Assembly: GCF_009914755.1 (NCBI RefSeq)
Contig: NC_060925.1
Reading direction: 5' to 3' (one strand)
Length of the DNA stretch: 64,000 nucleotides
Origin: the human T2T-CHM13v2.0 reference genome, Homo sapiens
The notes under the pieces are model-generated. The model searched no databases. It was not told the DNA's origin and was given only the letters and a program-made list of their open reading frames with translations. Shown in pieces: positions 31,946 to 59,626 of this stretch (positions are counted from its first letter, which is position 1; each line of letters begins with the position of its first letter). Position numbers and translations under genes: made by a program.

Positions 31946-34070
31946 GAGATACTTCTATAGAGATATTGACTCTAAAGGATTGACCTATGGCTTTTGGTAT
32001 TTAGTATCTCTCACTACTCCCCCCAGCTAAGTAAGGATTTAAGGAATTTAGGACTCCCTGGAGTTAACAGATGAAGAGATGGGGGCATAATTACTTCACC
32101 CAAAGTCTAGAAGCCTTGGCCTCTCTCTTGGCCAAGATGGAGGATTGAGGAGGGACATGGACCTTCAGGACTAACCCTCTATGGATTGGCCCTCCCAGAA
32201 GCGTTTGGGCTGGTAGACCCACCCCTTCCTACCTGCTGAGTGATGTCATTTCCTGCCAGGATGGGTAGCCCTTTGTACGGGTCCTTGGATGGTAGTAGGT
32301 CATATAGGGGCATCTGAGCCCCTGCTGCTAAGTGAGATCACATTATTTATCGTCCATACCATTACTTCTTGTGAACAGTAACATGTCACTCCTCCTGGCA
32401 GGAAAGTTTCTCATTGTCAGATGTTTGTGCTTCTTTTCAGGTCTTACTTTTTAAATAGAGTGTTCTCATTTTATCCTAGGGGATCTCACTTCCTCTGTGG
32501 CTCCATCCCTGCATCCCTGTCTGGGCCAGCACTCCTGACTGCTTTTAGGGAGAGAAGCTTTCAGGGGCCTCCATTTATTTCTCTCAAGTCTGTTTGGCTC
32601 ACCCTGCCATGGTCCCCTGTCTTACCCTGTCCCTGTGTTGCCCCTATTCCTGTATTCCATTTTTTTGTTTTGTTTTGTTGTTTTTTTTGAGATAGGGTGA
32701 CAGGGTCTCCCTCTGTTGCCCAGGCTGGAGTGCAGTAGTGCTCACTGCAGGCTCGACCTCCTGGACTCAAATGATCCTCCTTCCTCAGCCTCCCAAGGAG
32801 CTAAGACTACAGGCATGCATCACCATGCCTGGCTAATTTTTGTATTTTTTTCCAGAGACAGGGTTTCACCATGTTGCCTAGGGTGCACTTGAACTCCTGG
32901 GCTCAAGCAGTCCTTCCGCCTCAGCCTCTTAAATTACTGAGATTACAGGCATGAGCTGCTGTGTCTGGCCCTATTCCTGTATTCTGACTCCATATCTCCC
33001 TTCCAGGAGGTTCAGCTTCTGTGTGTCCATGCCTTTTCAGTTTCTCCAGGCCTTTTATATGCAAATGAGTCCTGGCCTCCTCTGCCCTTTGTTGATGGGA
33101 GCCAGGGAGAGAGAACCTCAAGGTCTCAGAGCTCTGGGGGTGTACCAGAATCTTGGATAGGGGAGGTGTCATCCTTTCTGACTTTGTGACTGCCCTTCCC
33201 CCACCCTGTCCCCAGCCTTCCACCATTTGGTCACAAGGATGCCTGCCTGAGGTCGGGACACAAGGAATCTCCTTGTCTAGGCTGCAGCGTGGGGGCGTGG
33301 CAGGGAAAGACAGAAGCTCTTTGGTCCCGGGGCCCCATCCTGGAAAAGGAGAGGGAGCAAGGGAAAGGCCTGTTTACTTCCTCCCTTAGAGCAAGCCCTG
33401 ACTCCTGGAAACTGAGGAGAGAGCAGAGCCTGGGTCTCTGAGCCTGGGTCCCAGAGCCCTGCCGAATTACAAATTATATCATAGAAGGAATTCAGGGAAG
33501 CTGCCAACCTGGGGCTCAGAGGGGACGGTCCCAGAGATGGGGACAAGAGCTGTGGCTGGTGTCAGAGAATGAATTCTTAGAGATTAACCCTTTGAACTCT
33601 GGGGTAACTGCTCCATATGTTAGTCCCTGCCTTTCCTGGGCCTTGAAACTGGGATACTAGAAGGAAAAAGATGGAAAAGGATGTCAGATGACTTTGGCTG
33701 TTCACTGCATCCTCCTGCAAAAGAGGCGTCCTCCTCAAATCCTGGAATAACTCGTGCCATTTCTCTATTTTGTATTCTGTGTTGGGGAAGGGAAGGAAGC
33801 CAAATTGATCATCTCTGCTTCCCTAAATTCCTCAAGTCTCATTTTGAAACTCCCACCCCGGTCCTTCTGGAGCAATATTCAGTCCATGGCTTGTCCCTAA
33901 ACACCCTCTCTTCCCCTCCCACCCCCTCAAATGATTGAAATGTCCAAAGTATATTCTCAGCTTCTTCCACTGCTCACAAGACCTCTCCATACCACTCCTA
34001 TGGTCTTGGGACTCCTGACTTCCCCTCAGACTGGGAATTTGAATCTCCTATTCCAGTCCCTACTCTGTAG

Positions 34071-34259
<189 letters not shown>

Positions 34260-34262
34260 TAA

Positions 34263-34448
<186 letters not shown>

Positions 34449-36756
34449 TAAGACAGGGTCTCACTCTGTCGCCCAGGCGGGAGCGCAGTGGTGCGATCTC
34501 GGGTCACTGCAGCCTCTGCCTACTGGGCTGAAGTGATCCTCCTCAGCCTCCTAAGTAGCTGCGACTACAGGCACGCATCACCATGCCCGGGTTACTTTTT
34601 GTATTTTTTCTAGAGACAGGGTTTTGTCATGTTGCCTAGGCTGGTCTCAAACTCCTGGGCTCAAACAATCCTCCCACCTCAGCGTCCCAAAGTGCTGAGA
34701 TTACAGGCCTGAGCCACCATGCCCAGCCTTTATTTCTTTTTTTTTTCTCTTCAGCAACATTGTTCATGGAATTATACCCTTCTTGGAAGACACTGTATAG
34801 TATTCTTATTTGAGGTTCACTTGTTCAGTCTACACACTTATGAGCTGAAGAGGTTGCCCGCCCTCTTGTGGCCATTATGCACCACTGCTGGAGTTGCTGT
34901 GTGGAACCTCCAAGCTCAAATAAAACATGGCCTTCTAAAGACCAGCCCCCGTCAGTGCGCAGAAAGGCTAGTGAGTCAGACCTAAAGAGGGCATAGACTT
35001 GCCCAGCATCACCCATTGTAAAGTTGTGGCGACGTCCAGGTCAGAAAACCCAGATCACAAGCCCACATGCCCACAGCTCCATCACCTGGCCAGTCAACAC
35101 CACTGAAGCCCAAAGGGACTGAAAGCAATTTTGCCCCTGTTACAATGTTTGCGTTCTCACCTCTTCCTAAAGAGGCAGCTTAGTCTTTAGAGGAAGAGCT
35201 GCAGGAAAGAAAACCCTGGGCCTGGACTGGATGAAGGGGTGAAGGATGCACTAGTCTGGATCACAGATAGGAGGAAAAATCAATCCTGGACCCACCATTT
35301 TTCTGGGAAGGAGGGCTAGTAGCTCCAGACATCATAGGAACAGAGCTCAGCATTTCAGACCTGGAGGTTAGAAGCAGAGGTGGGGGTGGGGAGCTGTGAA
35401 ATTAGGAAACTTAGATGGGTCTTGCAGAAGTAGGTGTGGCTCCACAGGTCAGGGAATTACGGGTCAATTGGATAGCACCTGAGAGTGTTGTGGGGCTGGA
35501 AAGCTGGGGTGAGTGAGGCTGCCTGGGTATTCCGCTTAGGTCTAGGCATCCTGGCTGAATACCTTAGATTTCAGTTCACCACCAGAGAAGCCCGGAAACT
35601 CCAGTAAACACATATCTTTGGTCCCTTCTACCTGCCTCTAACTTGGCTGGTTGAGGCTCAGCTTCTCTCTAACTAGACTTTTCTGGCTTATAGGGTACAG
35701 CTGTTTGGGAGCTCAAAGAAGGAGAAGGTAAGAAAAAGGGCAGAAATGCAGAGAGAGGAGAGGATGGGATGAAAACGGGGTGTGGAAAATATCAGAGGGC
35801 GCATACTGCCCTCAAGTGCACTGGGGGCTTTTGTTCGGGGTCAGAGTAAAGACAAAGAAGAGGCTGCTCATGAAAGCTGCAGAAACAGTGCCTGGGGGGA
35901 TAAGCGGGGGCGGTGCTGGCTGAGACAAGAGACCATGGGAGTGGGCATTGTAAAGACCTGCATTTATTTATTTTATTTATTTATTTATTTATTTTGAGAC
36001 AGGGTCTCACTCTGTCGCCCAGACTGGAGCGCAGTGGCATGATCTCGGCTCACCGCAACCTCCGCCTACCAGGCTCGAGCGATTCTCCTGCCTCAGCCTC
36101 CTGAGTGGCTGGGACTACAGGCACACGCCACTACCACCCAGCTAATTTCTGTATTTCTAGTAGAGATGGGGTTTCACCATGTTGGCCAGGCTGGTCTCAA
36201 ACTCCTAACCTCAAGTGATTCACTCGCCTCGGTCTCTCAAAGTGCTAGGATTACAGGCTTGAGCCACCATGCCCGGCTGAGGCCTGCATTTAGGATGGAG
36301 GCATTGAGGTTGAGCACTGAGCTAACTGGAAGCTCAGTGACAGCTTCAGTGAGAAATGCTTGAGAGTTGTAGCAGACACAAGCTCATTGTGTGTATGGTG
36401 CCAGGCACACACTGGGTGTTCCGTGACACCTGTTCAGTGAATGGAAGAATGAATATGTGTAAGCCCACAAGGAGATGTGACTGAAAAAAAAAGTTGCTAA
36501 TTTACAAATTAGATAATTGAAAATATTTTTAAATTTACTTTTTAGCAATCCTATAAACAGTGCATTGTTAACAATAGTCTTACTTATAAATTTGCTCAAG
36601 GTCAGTTAAGTAACAAATGAGCTGTAATAACCCAGATCAACCTGACTGCAGGGGCTTCCAGGAAGCCTCCTCTGATTCCCTACCCATGCCATACACTCAC
36701 TTAGACCCTACTCTCCTAGGAGAACAGATTAGTGCTGCCCAGAAGCTGGGGCAGGA

Positions 36757-37372
36757 CATTAGTTTCCTATTGTCACTGTAATGAATTACCACAAAGTGGC
36801 TCAAAAAACAAAATTATTATGTTACAGTTCAGAAGTCCAAAATCAGCTTCACCAGGCTAAAGTCAAAGTGTTGACAGGTCTACACTCCTTCCGTGGGCTC
36901 CAGGGAAGAATGTTTCCTTGCTTTTTCCAGCTTCTAGATGCTGCTTGCAGTGCTTGATTCGTGGCTCTTTTCACCATCTTCAAAGCCAGCAGCAGAGCAT
37001 CTTCTCTCCTCTCTAACCTCTGTTTCCATCCCTACATCTCTCTAATTCTACTGCCTCTCACTTGTAAGGATTACATTGGGTCTACTGGGATAATTCAGTA
37101 TCATCTTCCCATTGGCAAGATCCTTAATTAAATCCTGCCTTCAAAGTCCCTTTTACCATTTAAGATAAAATGTTCACAGGTTAAGCAGCTGGTGAGTGTC
37201 TGTAGTCCCAGCTACTCAGGGGGCTGAGGCTGGAGGATCACTTGAGCCCAGGAGTTCAGGCCAGCCTGGGCAATATAGTAAGACTCTTCTCTTAAAAGAA
37301 AATTTATATTTATCCTCAGGTCCTGGGGATTAGGAATTGGACATCTTTGGGAGAGGGGCTTTTAGCCTGACA
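36757..37372 (-). mobile_element. MLT1-family MaLR LTR with inserted Alu monomer
   Basis: attagtttcctattg..ctgtaa..aattaccacaa; ggattacattggg..ggataat; ggacatctttggg. Confidence 0.75.
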
Positions 37373-37874
37373 CAGGCAGGGTGGAAAGTGGGCAGGAGGA
37401 TGCACCCAGGCCCAGAATGAACCTCTGTGCTTTGTCCAGCCTCCCCTAGCCTGGAATGAGAGGTGGTACCAAGGCGGAGGTGGCAGGTCCAGACCCCATG
37501 TCTAGAGAATGTCAAATGCCTCCTGTACCATCACCACCAGGGAGAGCCAAAGATGAAGATCAGGCTTAGGAGAAAGCCTCAGTTTAGGAATCGTTTTAGA
37601 CCTGAGACCTTCCTGGTAACCACAGTGGAGGATTCCTCAACACTGTCTCCTCTCCAGAACCATTCTGTGCTCCTATTCCCCAAGGCTGAAGATAATTATA
37701 TTCCCAGTGAACTAACCTGGGTTCTCTCTGGAAAGGGCAGATTGATTAGTTGTCTTCTTTTTAAATTGTTATTTTTAATTATTTAATAGTTAAACCATGC
37801 TTCTCATAGCATAGTGAATTCCATCACCAGGCCCCTTTCTTATTTTATTTTCTTCTTTTTTAAAAAAATTTTAG

Positions 37875-48870
<10,996 letters not shown>

Positions 48871-49087
48871 ATTTAAACTTTATGGGCTGGGTACAGTGGG
48901 ACATGCCTGTAATCCCAGCACTTTGAGAGGCTGAGGCAGGTGAATCACCTGAGATCAGGAGTTCAAGACCAGCCTGACCAACATGGTGATACCCCATCTC
49001 TACTAAAAATACAAAATTAGGCCTGGCACAGAGGCTCACACCTGTAATCCCAGCACTTTGGGAGGCCAAGGTGGGCGGATCCCCTCA

Positions 49088-49466
<379 letters not shown>

Positions 49467-49656
49467 TCAAAAAAAAAAAAAAAAATTAGCCAGGCATGGT
49501 GGCACACACCTGTAATCCCAGCTACTCGGGAGGCTAAGGCAGGAGAATCGCTTGAACCAGGGAGGCAGAGGTTGCAGTGAGTGGAGTTGCACCACTGTAC
49601 TCCAGCCTGGGTGACAGAGCAAGACTGTCTCAAAAAAAAAAAAAAAAAAAAAAAAG

Positions 49657-50658
49657 TAATACACCCAGAGACTGGAGTTGGAGTTTTATTATTATTCAAA
49701 TCAGTCTCCCTAAGCATTCGAGGATCAGAGTTTTTAAAGATAATTTGGTAGGTAGGGACTTGGGAAGTGGGGAGTGCTGATTGGTCAGGTTGGAGATGGA
49801 ATTATAGGGGGTCAAAATGAGGTTTTCTTGCTGTGTTTTGCTTCTGGGTGGGATGGCAGAACTGGGTGAGCCAGATTACTGGTCTGGGTAGTGTCAGCTG
49901 ATCCATCCAGTGCAGGGCCTGCAAAATATGTCAGGCACTGATCTTAGGTTTTACAATAGTGATGTTATCCCTAGGAACAATTTGAGGAGGTTCAGACTCT
50001 TGGAACCAGAAGTTGCACAATCCCTAAACCATAATTTCTAATCTGGTAGCTAATTTGTTAGTCCTGTGTATTACTCCATTTTCACACTACTTATAAAGAC
50101 ATACCCACGAATGGGAAATTTACAAAAGTAAGAGGTTTAATGGACTTACAGTTCCACATGGCTGGGGAGGCCTCACAATCATGGTGGAAGGCAAGGAGGA
50201 GTGAGTCATGTTTTACATGGATGGCAGCAGGCAAAGAGAGAGAGCTTGTGCAGGGAAATTCCCCCAGATAAAACCATCAGATCCCATGAGACTTATTCAC
50301 TATCATGAGATCAGTATGGGAAAGATGCTGCTCTCATGATTCAGTTACCTCCCACTGGGTCCCTCCCATAACATGTGGGAATTCAAGATGAGATTTGGGT
50401 GGGAACATAGCCAAACCATATTACCCCTCAAAGGCAGACTTATCCCCAGGCATGAAGGGGGTCTTTTTGAGAAAGGGCTATTATCAATTTTGTTTCAGAG
50501 TCAAACCATGAACTGAATTCCTTCCCAAAGTTGGTTTGGCCAATGCCCAGGAATGAACAAGGACAGATTAAAGGTTAGAAGTGAGATGGAGTTGGTTAGG
50601 TCTGATATCTCTCACTGTCATAACTCCGTCAGTTATAATTTTTGCAAAGGTGGTTTCA
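49657..50658 (-). mobile_element. LTR8-like ERV1 solo LTR
   Basis: Reverse complement starts TGAAACCACCTTTGCAAAAATTATAACTGA, as in the LTR8 consensus from memory. Confidence 0.75.
50067..50423 (-). mobile_element. THE1 (THE1B-like) MaLR solo LTR nested in LTR8
   Basis: gaggtttaatggacttacagttccacatggctggggaggcctcacaatcatgg...agccaaaccatat. Confidence 0.9.
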
Positions 50659-51103
50659 CTCTGGCCTAGTCCTTTGAGTTATTGCTCTCAGATGTACTAC
50701 ACCTACATATGTTATAAACACCAGAATATAGTTATAGTGTTTGTTTTAACATGTCATATGTCTTTTAAAAATAATTATTTTTTTAAGCCAGACTTTTATA
50801 TTAACCAACAGATGTTTCCTATATCTGCTGTAACAAATTGACACAAATTAGTGGTGGAAAACAACACAAATGTATTTGAGTTTTGGAGGTCAGAGGTCTA
50901 AAATACGTCTTATTAGGGTAAAATCAAGATGCTGGCAGGGTTGTGTTCTTTTTTGGAGGCTCTAATGGATAATCCATTTCCTTTAATTTTCCAGGTGACA
51001 CTGACTCCTCTGCCTCCCTCTTCCATTGATGAGGACCCTTGTGATTACAGTGGGCCCATCCAGATAACCCAGGATAATCTCCCCATCAAAAAGTCAGACA
51101 ATT

Positions 51104-51426
<323 letters not shown>

Positions 51427-51429
51427 TTA

Positions 51430-51724
51430 GGGAGCCTGTCTGGCCATGGTGGCCGCGGCTGGTGGTTGGCGCGGCTGCGCTGCGGCCCGGGGCAGTGCGG
51501 AGCCAGGACAGTCGCGGCGCTGACGCCCGCGGGCCCCAGCTGCAGATATGAAGCGGAGCCGCTGCCGCGACCGACCGCAGCCGCCGCCGCCCGACCGCCG
51601 GGAGGATGGAGTTCAGCGGGCAGCGGAGCTGTCTCAGTCTTTGCCGCCGCGCCGGCGAGCGCCGCCCGGGAGGCAGCGGCTGGAGGAGCGGACGGGCCCC
51701 GCGGGGCCCGAGGGCAAGGAGCAG
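51430..51724 (+). pseudogene. Captured fragment of MAST2 exon 1 (5' UTR plus 59 codons) at the SVA 5' end
   Basis: MKRSRCRDRPQPPPPDRREDGVQRAAELSQSLPPRRRAPPGRQRLEERTGPAGPEGKEQ is the MAST2 N-terminus; joins SVA at CAG|CCGCCTGCCTTGGCC. Confidence 0.93.
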
Positions 51725-51829
51725 CCGCCTGCCTTGGCCTCCCAAAGTGCCGAGATTGCAGCCTCTGCCCGGCTGCCACCCCGTCTGGGAAGTGAGGAGT
51801 GTCTCTGCCTGGCCGCCCATCGTCTGGGA

Positions 51830-53650
51830 TGTGAGGAGCCCCTCTGCCTGGCTGCCCAGTCTGGAAAGTGAGGAGCGTCTCCGCCCGGCCGCCATCCCAT
51901 CTAGGAAGGGAGGAGCGCCTCTTCCCAGCCGCCATCACATCTAGGAAGTGAGGAGCGTCTCTGCCCGGCCGCCCATCGTCTGAGATGTGGGGAGCGCCTC
52001 TGCCCCGCCGCCCCATCTGGGATGTGAGGAGCGCCTCTGCCCGGCCGAGACCCCGTCTGGGAGGTGAGGAGCGTCTCTGCCCGGCCGCCCCGTCTGAGAA
52101 GTGAGGAGACCCTCTGCCTGGCAACCACCCCGTCTGAGAAGTGAGGAGCCCCTCCGCCCGGCAGCTGCCCCGTCTGAGAAGTGAGGAGCCTCTCCGCCCG
52201 GCAGCCGCCCCATCTGGGAAGTGAGGAGCGTCTCCGCCCGGCAGCCACCCCGTCCGGGAGGGAGGTGGGGGGGGGTCAGCCCCCGCCCGGCCAGCCGCCC
52301 CATCCGGGAGGGAGGTGGGGGTCAGCCCCCCCGCCCGGCCAGCCGTGCCATCCGGGAGGGAGGTGGGGGGGTCAGCCCCCCGCCTGGCCAGCCGTGCCAT
52401 CCGGGAGGGAGGTGGGGGGGTCAGCCCCCCGCCCGGCCAGCCGCCCCGTCCGGGAGGTGAGGGGCGCCTCTGCCCGGCCGCCCCTACTGGGAAGTGAGGA
52501 GCCCCTCAGCCCGGCCAGCCACCCCGTCCGGGAGGGAGATGGGGGGGTCAGCCCCCCCACCCGGCCAGCCGCCCCGTCCGGTAGGGAGGTGGGGGGGTCA
52601 GCCCCCCGCCTGGCCAGCCGCCCCGTCCGGGAGGGAGGTGGGGGGGTCAGCCCTCCGCCCGGCCAGCCGCCCCGTCTGGGAGGTGAGGGGCGCCTCTGCC
52701 CAGCCGCCCCTACTGGGAAGTGAGGAGCCCCTCTGCCCGGCCAGCCGCCCCGTCCGGGAGGGAGGTGGGGGGGTCAGCCCCCCGCCCGGCCAGCCGCCCC
52801 GTCCGGGAGGGAGGTGGGGGGGTCAGCCCTCCGCCCGGCCAGCCGCCCCGTCTGGGAGGTGAGGGGCGCCTCTGCCCGGCCGCCCCTACTGGGAAGTGAG
52901 GAGCCCCTCTGCCCGGCCAGCCGCCCCGTCCGGGAGGGAGGTGGGGGGGTCGGCCCCCCTGCCCGGCCAGCCGCCCCGTCCGGGAGGTGAGGGGCGCCTC
53001 TGCCCGGCCGCCCCTACTGGGAAGTGAGGAGCCCCTCTGCCCGGCCAGCCGCCCCGTCCGGGAGGGAGGTGGGGGGGTCAGCCCCCCGCCCGGCCAGCCG
53101 CCCCGTCCGGGAGGGAGGTTGGGGGGGGTCAGCCCCCCCGCCCAGCCAGCCGCCCTGTCCGGGAGGTGAGGGGCGCCTCTGCCCGGCCGCCCCTACTGGG
53201 AAGTGAGGAGCCCCTCTGCCCGGCCAGCCGCCCCGTCCGGGAGGGAGGTGGGGGGGTCGGCCCCCCGCCCGGCCAGCCGCCCCGTCCGGGAGGGAGGTGG
53301 GGGGGTCGGCCCCCCGCCCGGCCAGCCGCCCTGTCCGGGAGGGAGGTGGGGGGGGGTCGGCCCCCCTGCCCGGCCAGCCGCCCCGTCCGGGAGTTGAGGG
53401 GCGCCTCTGCCCGGCCGCCCCTACTGGGAAGTGAGGAGCCCCTCTGCCCGGCCAGCCGCCCCGTCCGGGAGGGAGGTGGGGGGGTCAGCCCCCCGCCCGG
53501 CCAGCCGCCCCGTCCAGGAGGGAGGTGGGGGGGGTCAGCCCCCCTGCCCGGCCAGCCGCCCCGTCCGGGAGGTGAGGGGCGCCTCTGCCTGGCCGCCCCT
53601 ACTGGGAAGTGAGGAGCCCCTCTGCCCGGCCACCACCCCGTCTGGGAGGT
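51830..53650 (+). repeat. SVA GC-rich VNTR (~37-50 bp units), G4-prone
   Basis: Repeats such as gcccggccagccgccccgtccgggagggaggtggggggg. Confidence 0.95.
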
Positions 53651-54270
53651 GTGCCCAACAGCTCATTGAGAACGGGCCAGGATGACAATGGCGGCTTTGT
53701 GGAATAGAAAGGCGGGAAAGGTGGGGAAAAGATTGAGAAATCGGATGGTTGCCGTGTCTGTGTAGAAAGAAGTAGACATGGGAGACTTTTCATTTTGTTC
53801 TGCACTAAGAAAAATTCCTCTGCCTTGGGATCCTGTTGATCTGTGACCTTACCCCCAACCCTGTGCTCTCTGAAACATGTGCTGTGTCCACTCAGGGTTA
53901 AATGGATTAAGGGCGGTGCAAGATGTGCTTTGTTAAACAGATGCTTGAAGGCAGCATGCTCGTTAAGAGTCATCACCAATCCCTAATCTCAAGTAATCAG
54001 GGACACAAACACTGCGGAAGGCCGCAGGGTCCTCTGCCTAGGAAAACCAGAGACCTTTGTTCACTTGTTTATCTGCTGACCTTCCCTCCACTATTGTCCC
54101 ATGACCCTGCCAAATCCCCCTCTGTGAGAAACACCCAAGAATTATCAATAAAAAAAAAAAAAAAAAAAAAAAGAAAGTCAGACAATTAACAACCTAATTC
54201 CATCTGCAGTCTTAATTCTTCTTTGCTAGGTAACCTATCATCTTCCAGATTCTGGAGATTGAGGCATGAC

Positions 54271-57770
<3,500 letters not shown>

Positions 57771-57809
57771 AGAATTCTTGATAACCCTGTGAGGATGGCT
57801 TAAGCTATA

Positions 57810-58140
57810 CTCAGGTGTGTGACCTTGTACAAGTTACTAGCCTATCTAGGCCTGTTTCCTCACTTACAAAATGGGGACAAAAATAAACCTACCTCATAGT
57901 CATGAGCATTACATGAACTGTTATATCTTAGAAGCTCAGAAATGCCTGGTGGTAAATGCTATAAATACACCCTTATCATTATTAGTGAGTACCTAGGTTG
58001 TGCATGCCACTGTTGGGTGCTTTACGCACATTAATTTACTTGTCAGAATAGCCATGGGGGGGAGGTACTATTATAATGCCACTTTAGATATGAAGAAACT
58101 GACGTTTTGAGAGATTGGATGATTAAATCTCTGACTCCAA
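57810..58140. mobile_element. Two MIR fragments in opposite orientation
   Basis: gtgtgaccttg.acaagttact..tttcctca..aaaatgggga; agatatgaagaaactga. Confidence 0.7.
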
Positions 58141-58149
58141 ACACAACGC

Positions 58150-59450
58150 TTCCTCCAACGCGGTTTGGCCTTGGAGAGGAAGGCAGCTTCTTTCAAGACA
58201 CCCCTGAGCGAGAAAGTCGCGTCATCCGGGGGCTCCCATTGCCCGAGCCCGCCACGTGGCAGTCTGGGCCGAATGCCTCTCCCCACTTTCTGGGTGGGCG
58301 AGGCCTGACTCCAACCCCGGCCCTCCGCTCTAGACCTGGTACCACTGTAGATTCAATCCAAACTCCCAGAAATGTGCCGCCTTTCATAATCCCCAGCTGT
58401 CCACTACAGGTGGTAACTCCCCTGCTGCTCAATGTGGCGTAAATCTTCCCTTCCATAGCTGCGGGACCACAGCTCACCGACCTGGGACAAACACCCGAGA
58501 CGGGCCGAATTCCAGCTCGCAGGTAGTAATTCCGCCCCTCCCCTCCCCGCTCCGTCGCGTCCAGTCCAGCTCTTCTAGCCCTGCCCCGCTCCTCTAGCCC
58601 AACCGCTCCCCACTGTTGGCCCCGCCCCTCCCCGCCCCGTCCAGCTCTTCTCGCCCCGCCCCGCTCTTCTCGCCCAACTGCTCCTCGCTGTTGGCCCCGC
58701 CCCTCCCCCGCCACCCCCGCCCCCGCCCCGCCCCTCTCTTCTCGCCCAACCGCCCACCTCTGTTGGCCCCGCCCTCCCATCTAAGTCACGCCTCCTAGTA
58801 GGTCAATTTAGCTTCTCCAGCTCCAGAGCCCAGACTCCTCATTGGGCGCAGCACTATTCCCGCCTCTTCCTTGGGTCGCGAGCGCCGAACTCATCGAACG
58901 CAGCCAATGGGTGATACGACGGCAGCGCGGCGGGAGGTTCGATTGACCCGGTCTTGGCGGGTCGGTGAGTCTTGGCGGCTGTTAACGCGCGCTTTGGGAA
59001 CAGGAAGGTTGAGAGAGAGGTGCTGGGGTCTGCGTCTATCTCTGTCGCTCTTTTCAGCCCCTCCTGGTATTCCCCTCCTAACCTGGGTTTTTTACACGCC
59101 CGCGTGGCTTCCTGCTCGACCTCCCTGAGTCTGATCCTGGTTTCCACCTCCAGCCCTGGGAAATTTCCTTTCTCCAGACTCGCCCTCCCCACCCGGGCCT
59201 CGGACTTTCACCCCAGCTTCTCTCTCCTGGCCAGTGATTACCCACCCCCAATCCCACCCCGCCCCGCCGCGCAACTACCTCCTCCCTTCACCCGGACTGG
59301 GACCATCATCCCCACTCCACTCCGCCCAGTCTGGGACTCCACCTGCCTCCTCCCCAATCCCACACTAATCTCTGCTTGGTCTCTTCCTCTTTGGCCTAAT
59401 CTCTCGTCTCGGCTTATTGGGGACGGCCACTCTCACAGTTTGGTTCCAAA
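58150..59450. promoter_or_regulatory. RAD54L CpG-island promoter: GC-box array, CCAAT boxes (58841-58845 inverted, 58904-58908), E2F-like sites (TTCCCGCC 58857-58864, TTGGCGGG 58954-58961)
   Basis: Motifs read directly; typical of cell-cycle-regulated DNA repair genes. Confidence 0.85.
58915..58964 (+). other. RAD54L: RAD54L short non-coding first exon (5' end approximate)
   Basis: GTGAGT donor at 58965; candidate acceptors at 59534-59535 or 59559-59560. Confidence 0.6.
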
Positions 59451-59623
59451 CACCAGTTCCTGGATGGATTCCCGCCATCCATGCCCCCTCTTTAATTAGC
59501 CGGTCCTCTCAATAATGTAGCAGCCCCCTCTACAGATTAGACCCTGGTCCTACACTCTTAGCCGCTGCCTGCTTTTGACCTTTGGCTCATGGGTACTTGA
59601 CGTTTTAAACTCCTAGGCCCAGG

Positions 59624-59626
59624 ATG
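59624..59626 (+). CDS. RAD54L: RAD54L initiator ATG (only coding codon of its exon)
   Basis: cccaggATG|GTAAGT. Confidence 0.9.

Larger units (their letters stand above)
51430..54172 (+). mobile_element. SVA_F1 (MAST2-SVA) retrotransposon: MAST2 exon-1 piece, truncated Alu-like region, VNTR, SINE-R, poly(A)
   Basis: 16-bp TSD gaaagtcagacaatta (51414-51429, 54173-54188); no CCCTCT hexamer head; VNTR ~51830-53650; SINE-R ~53650-54146; AATAAA at 54147 then A-tail. Confidence 0.97.

Noticed and set aside
51548-51724. The MAST2 gene itself
   Set aside because: No splice donor follows the exon; it is fused to SVA and enclosed by TSDs.
51830-53650. CRISPR-like repeat array
   Set aside because: Units are contiguous degenerate VNTR copies with no unique spacers, in a primate genome.
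58193-59499. 195-aa and 175-aa ORFs at the RAD54L promoter
   Set aside because: Low-complexity GC-rich promoter and 5' UTR sequence, with repetitive translation.
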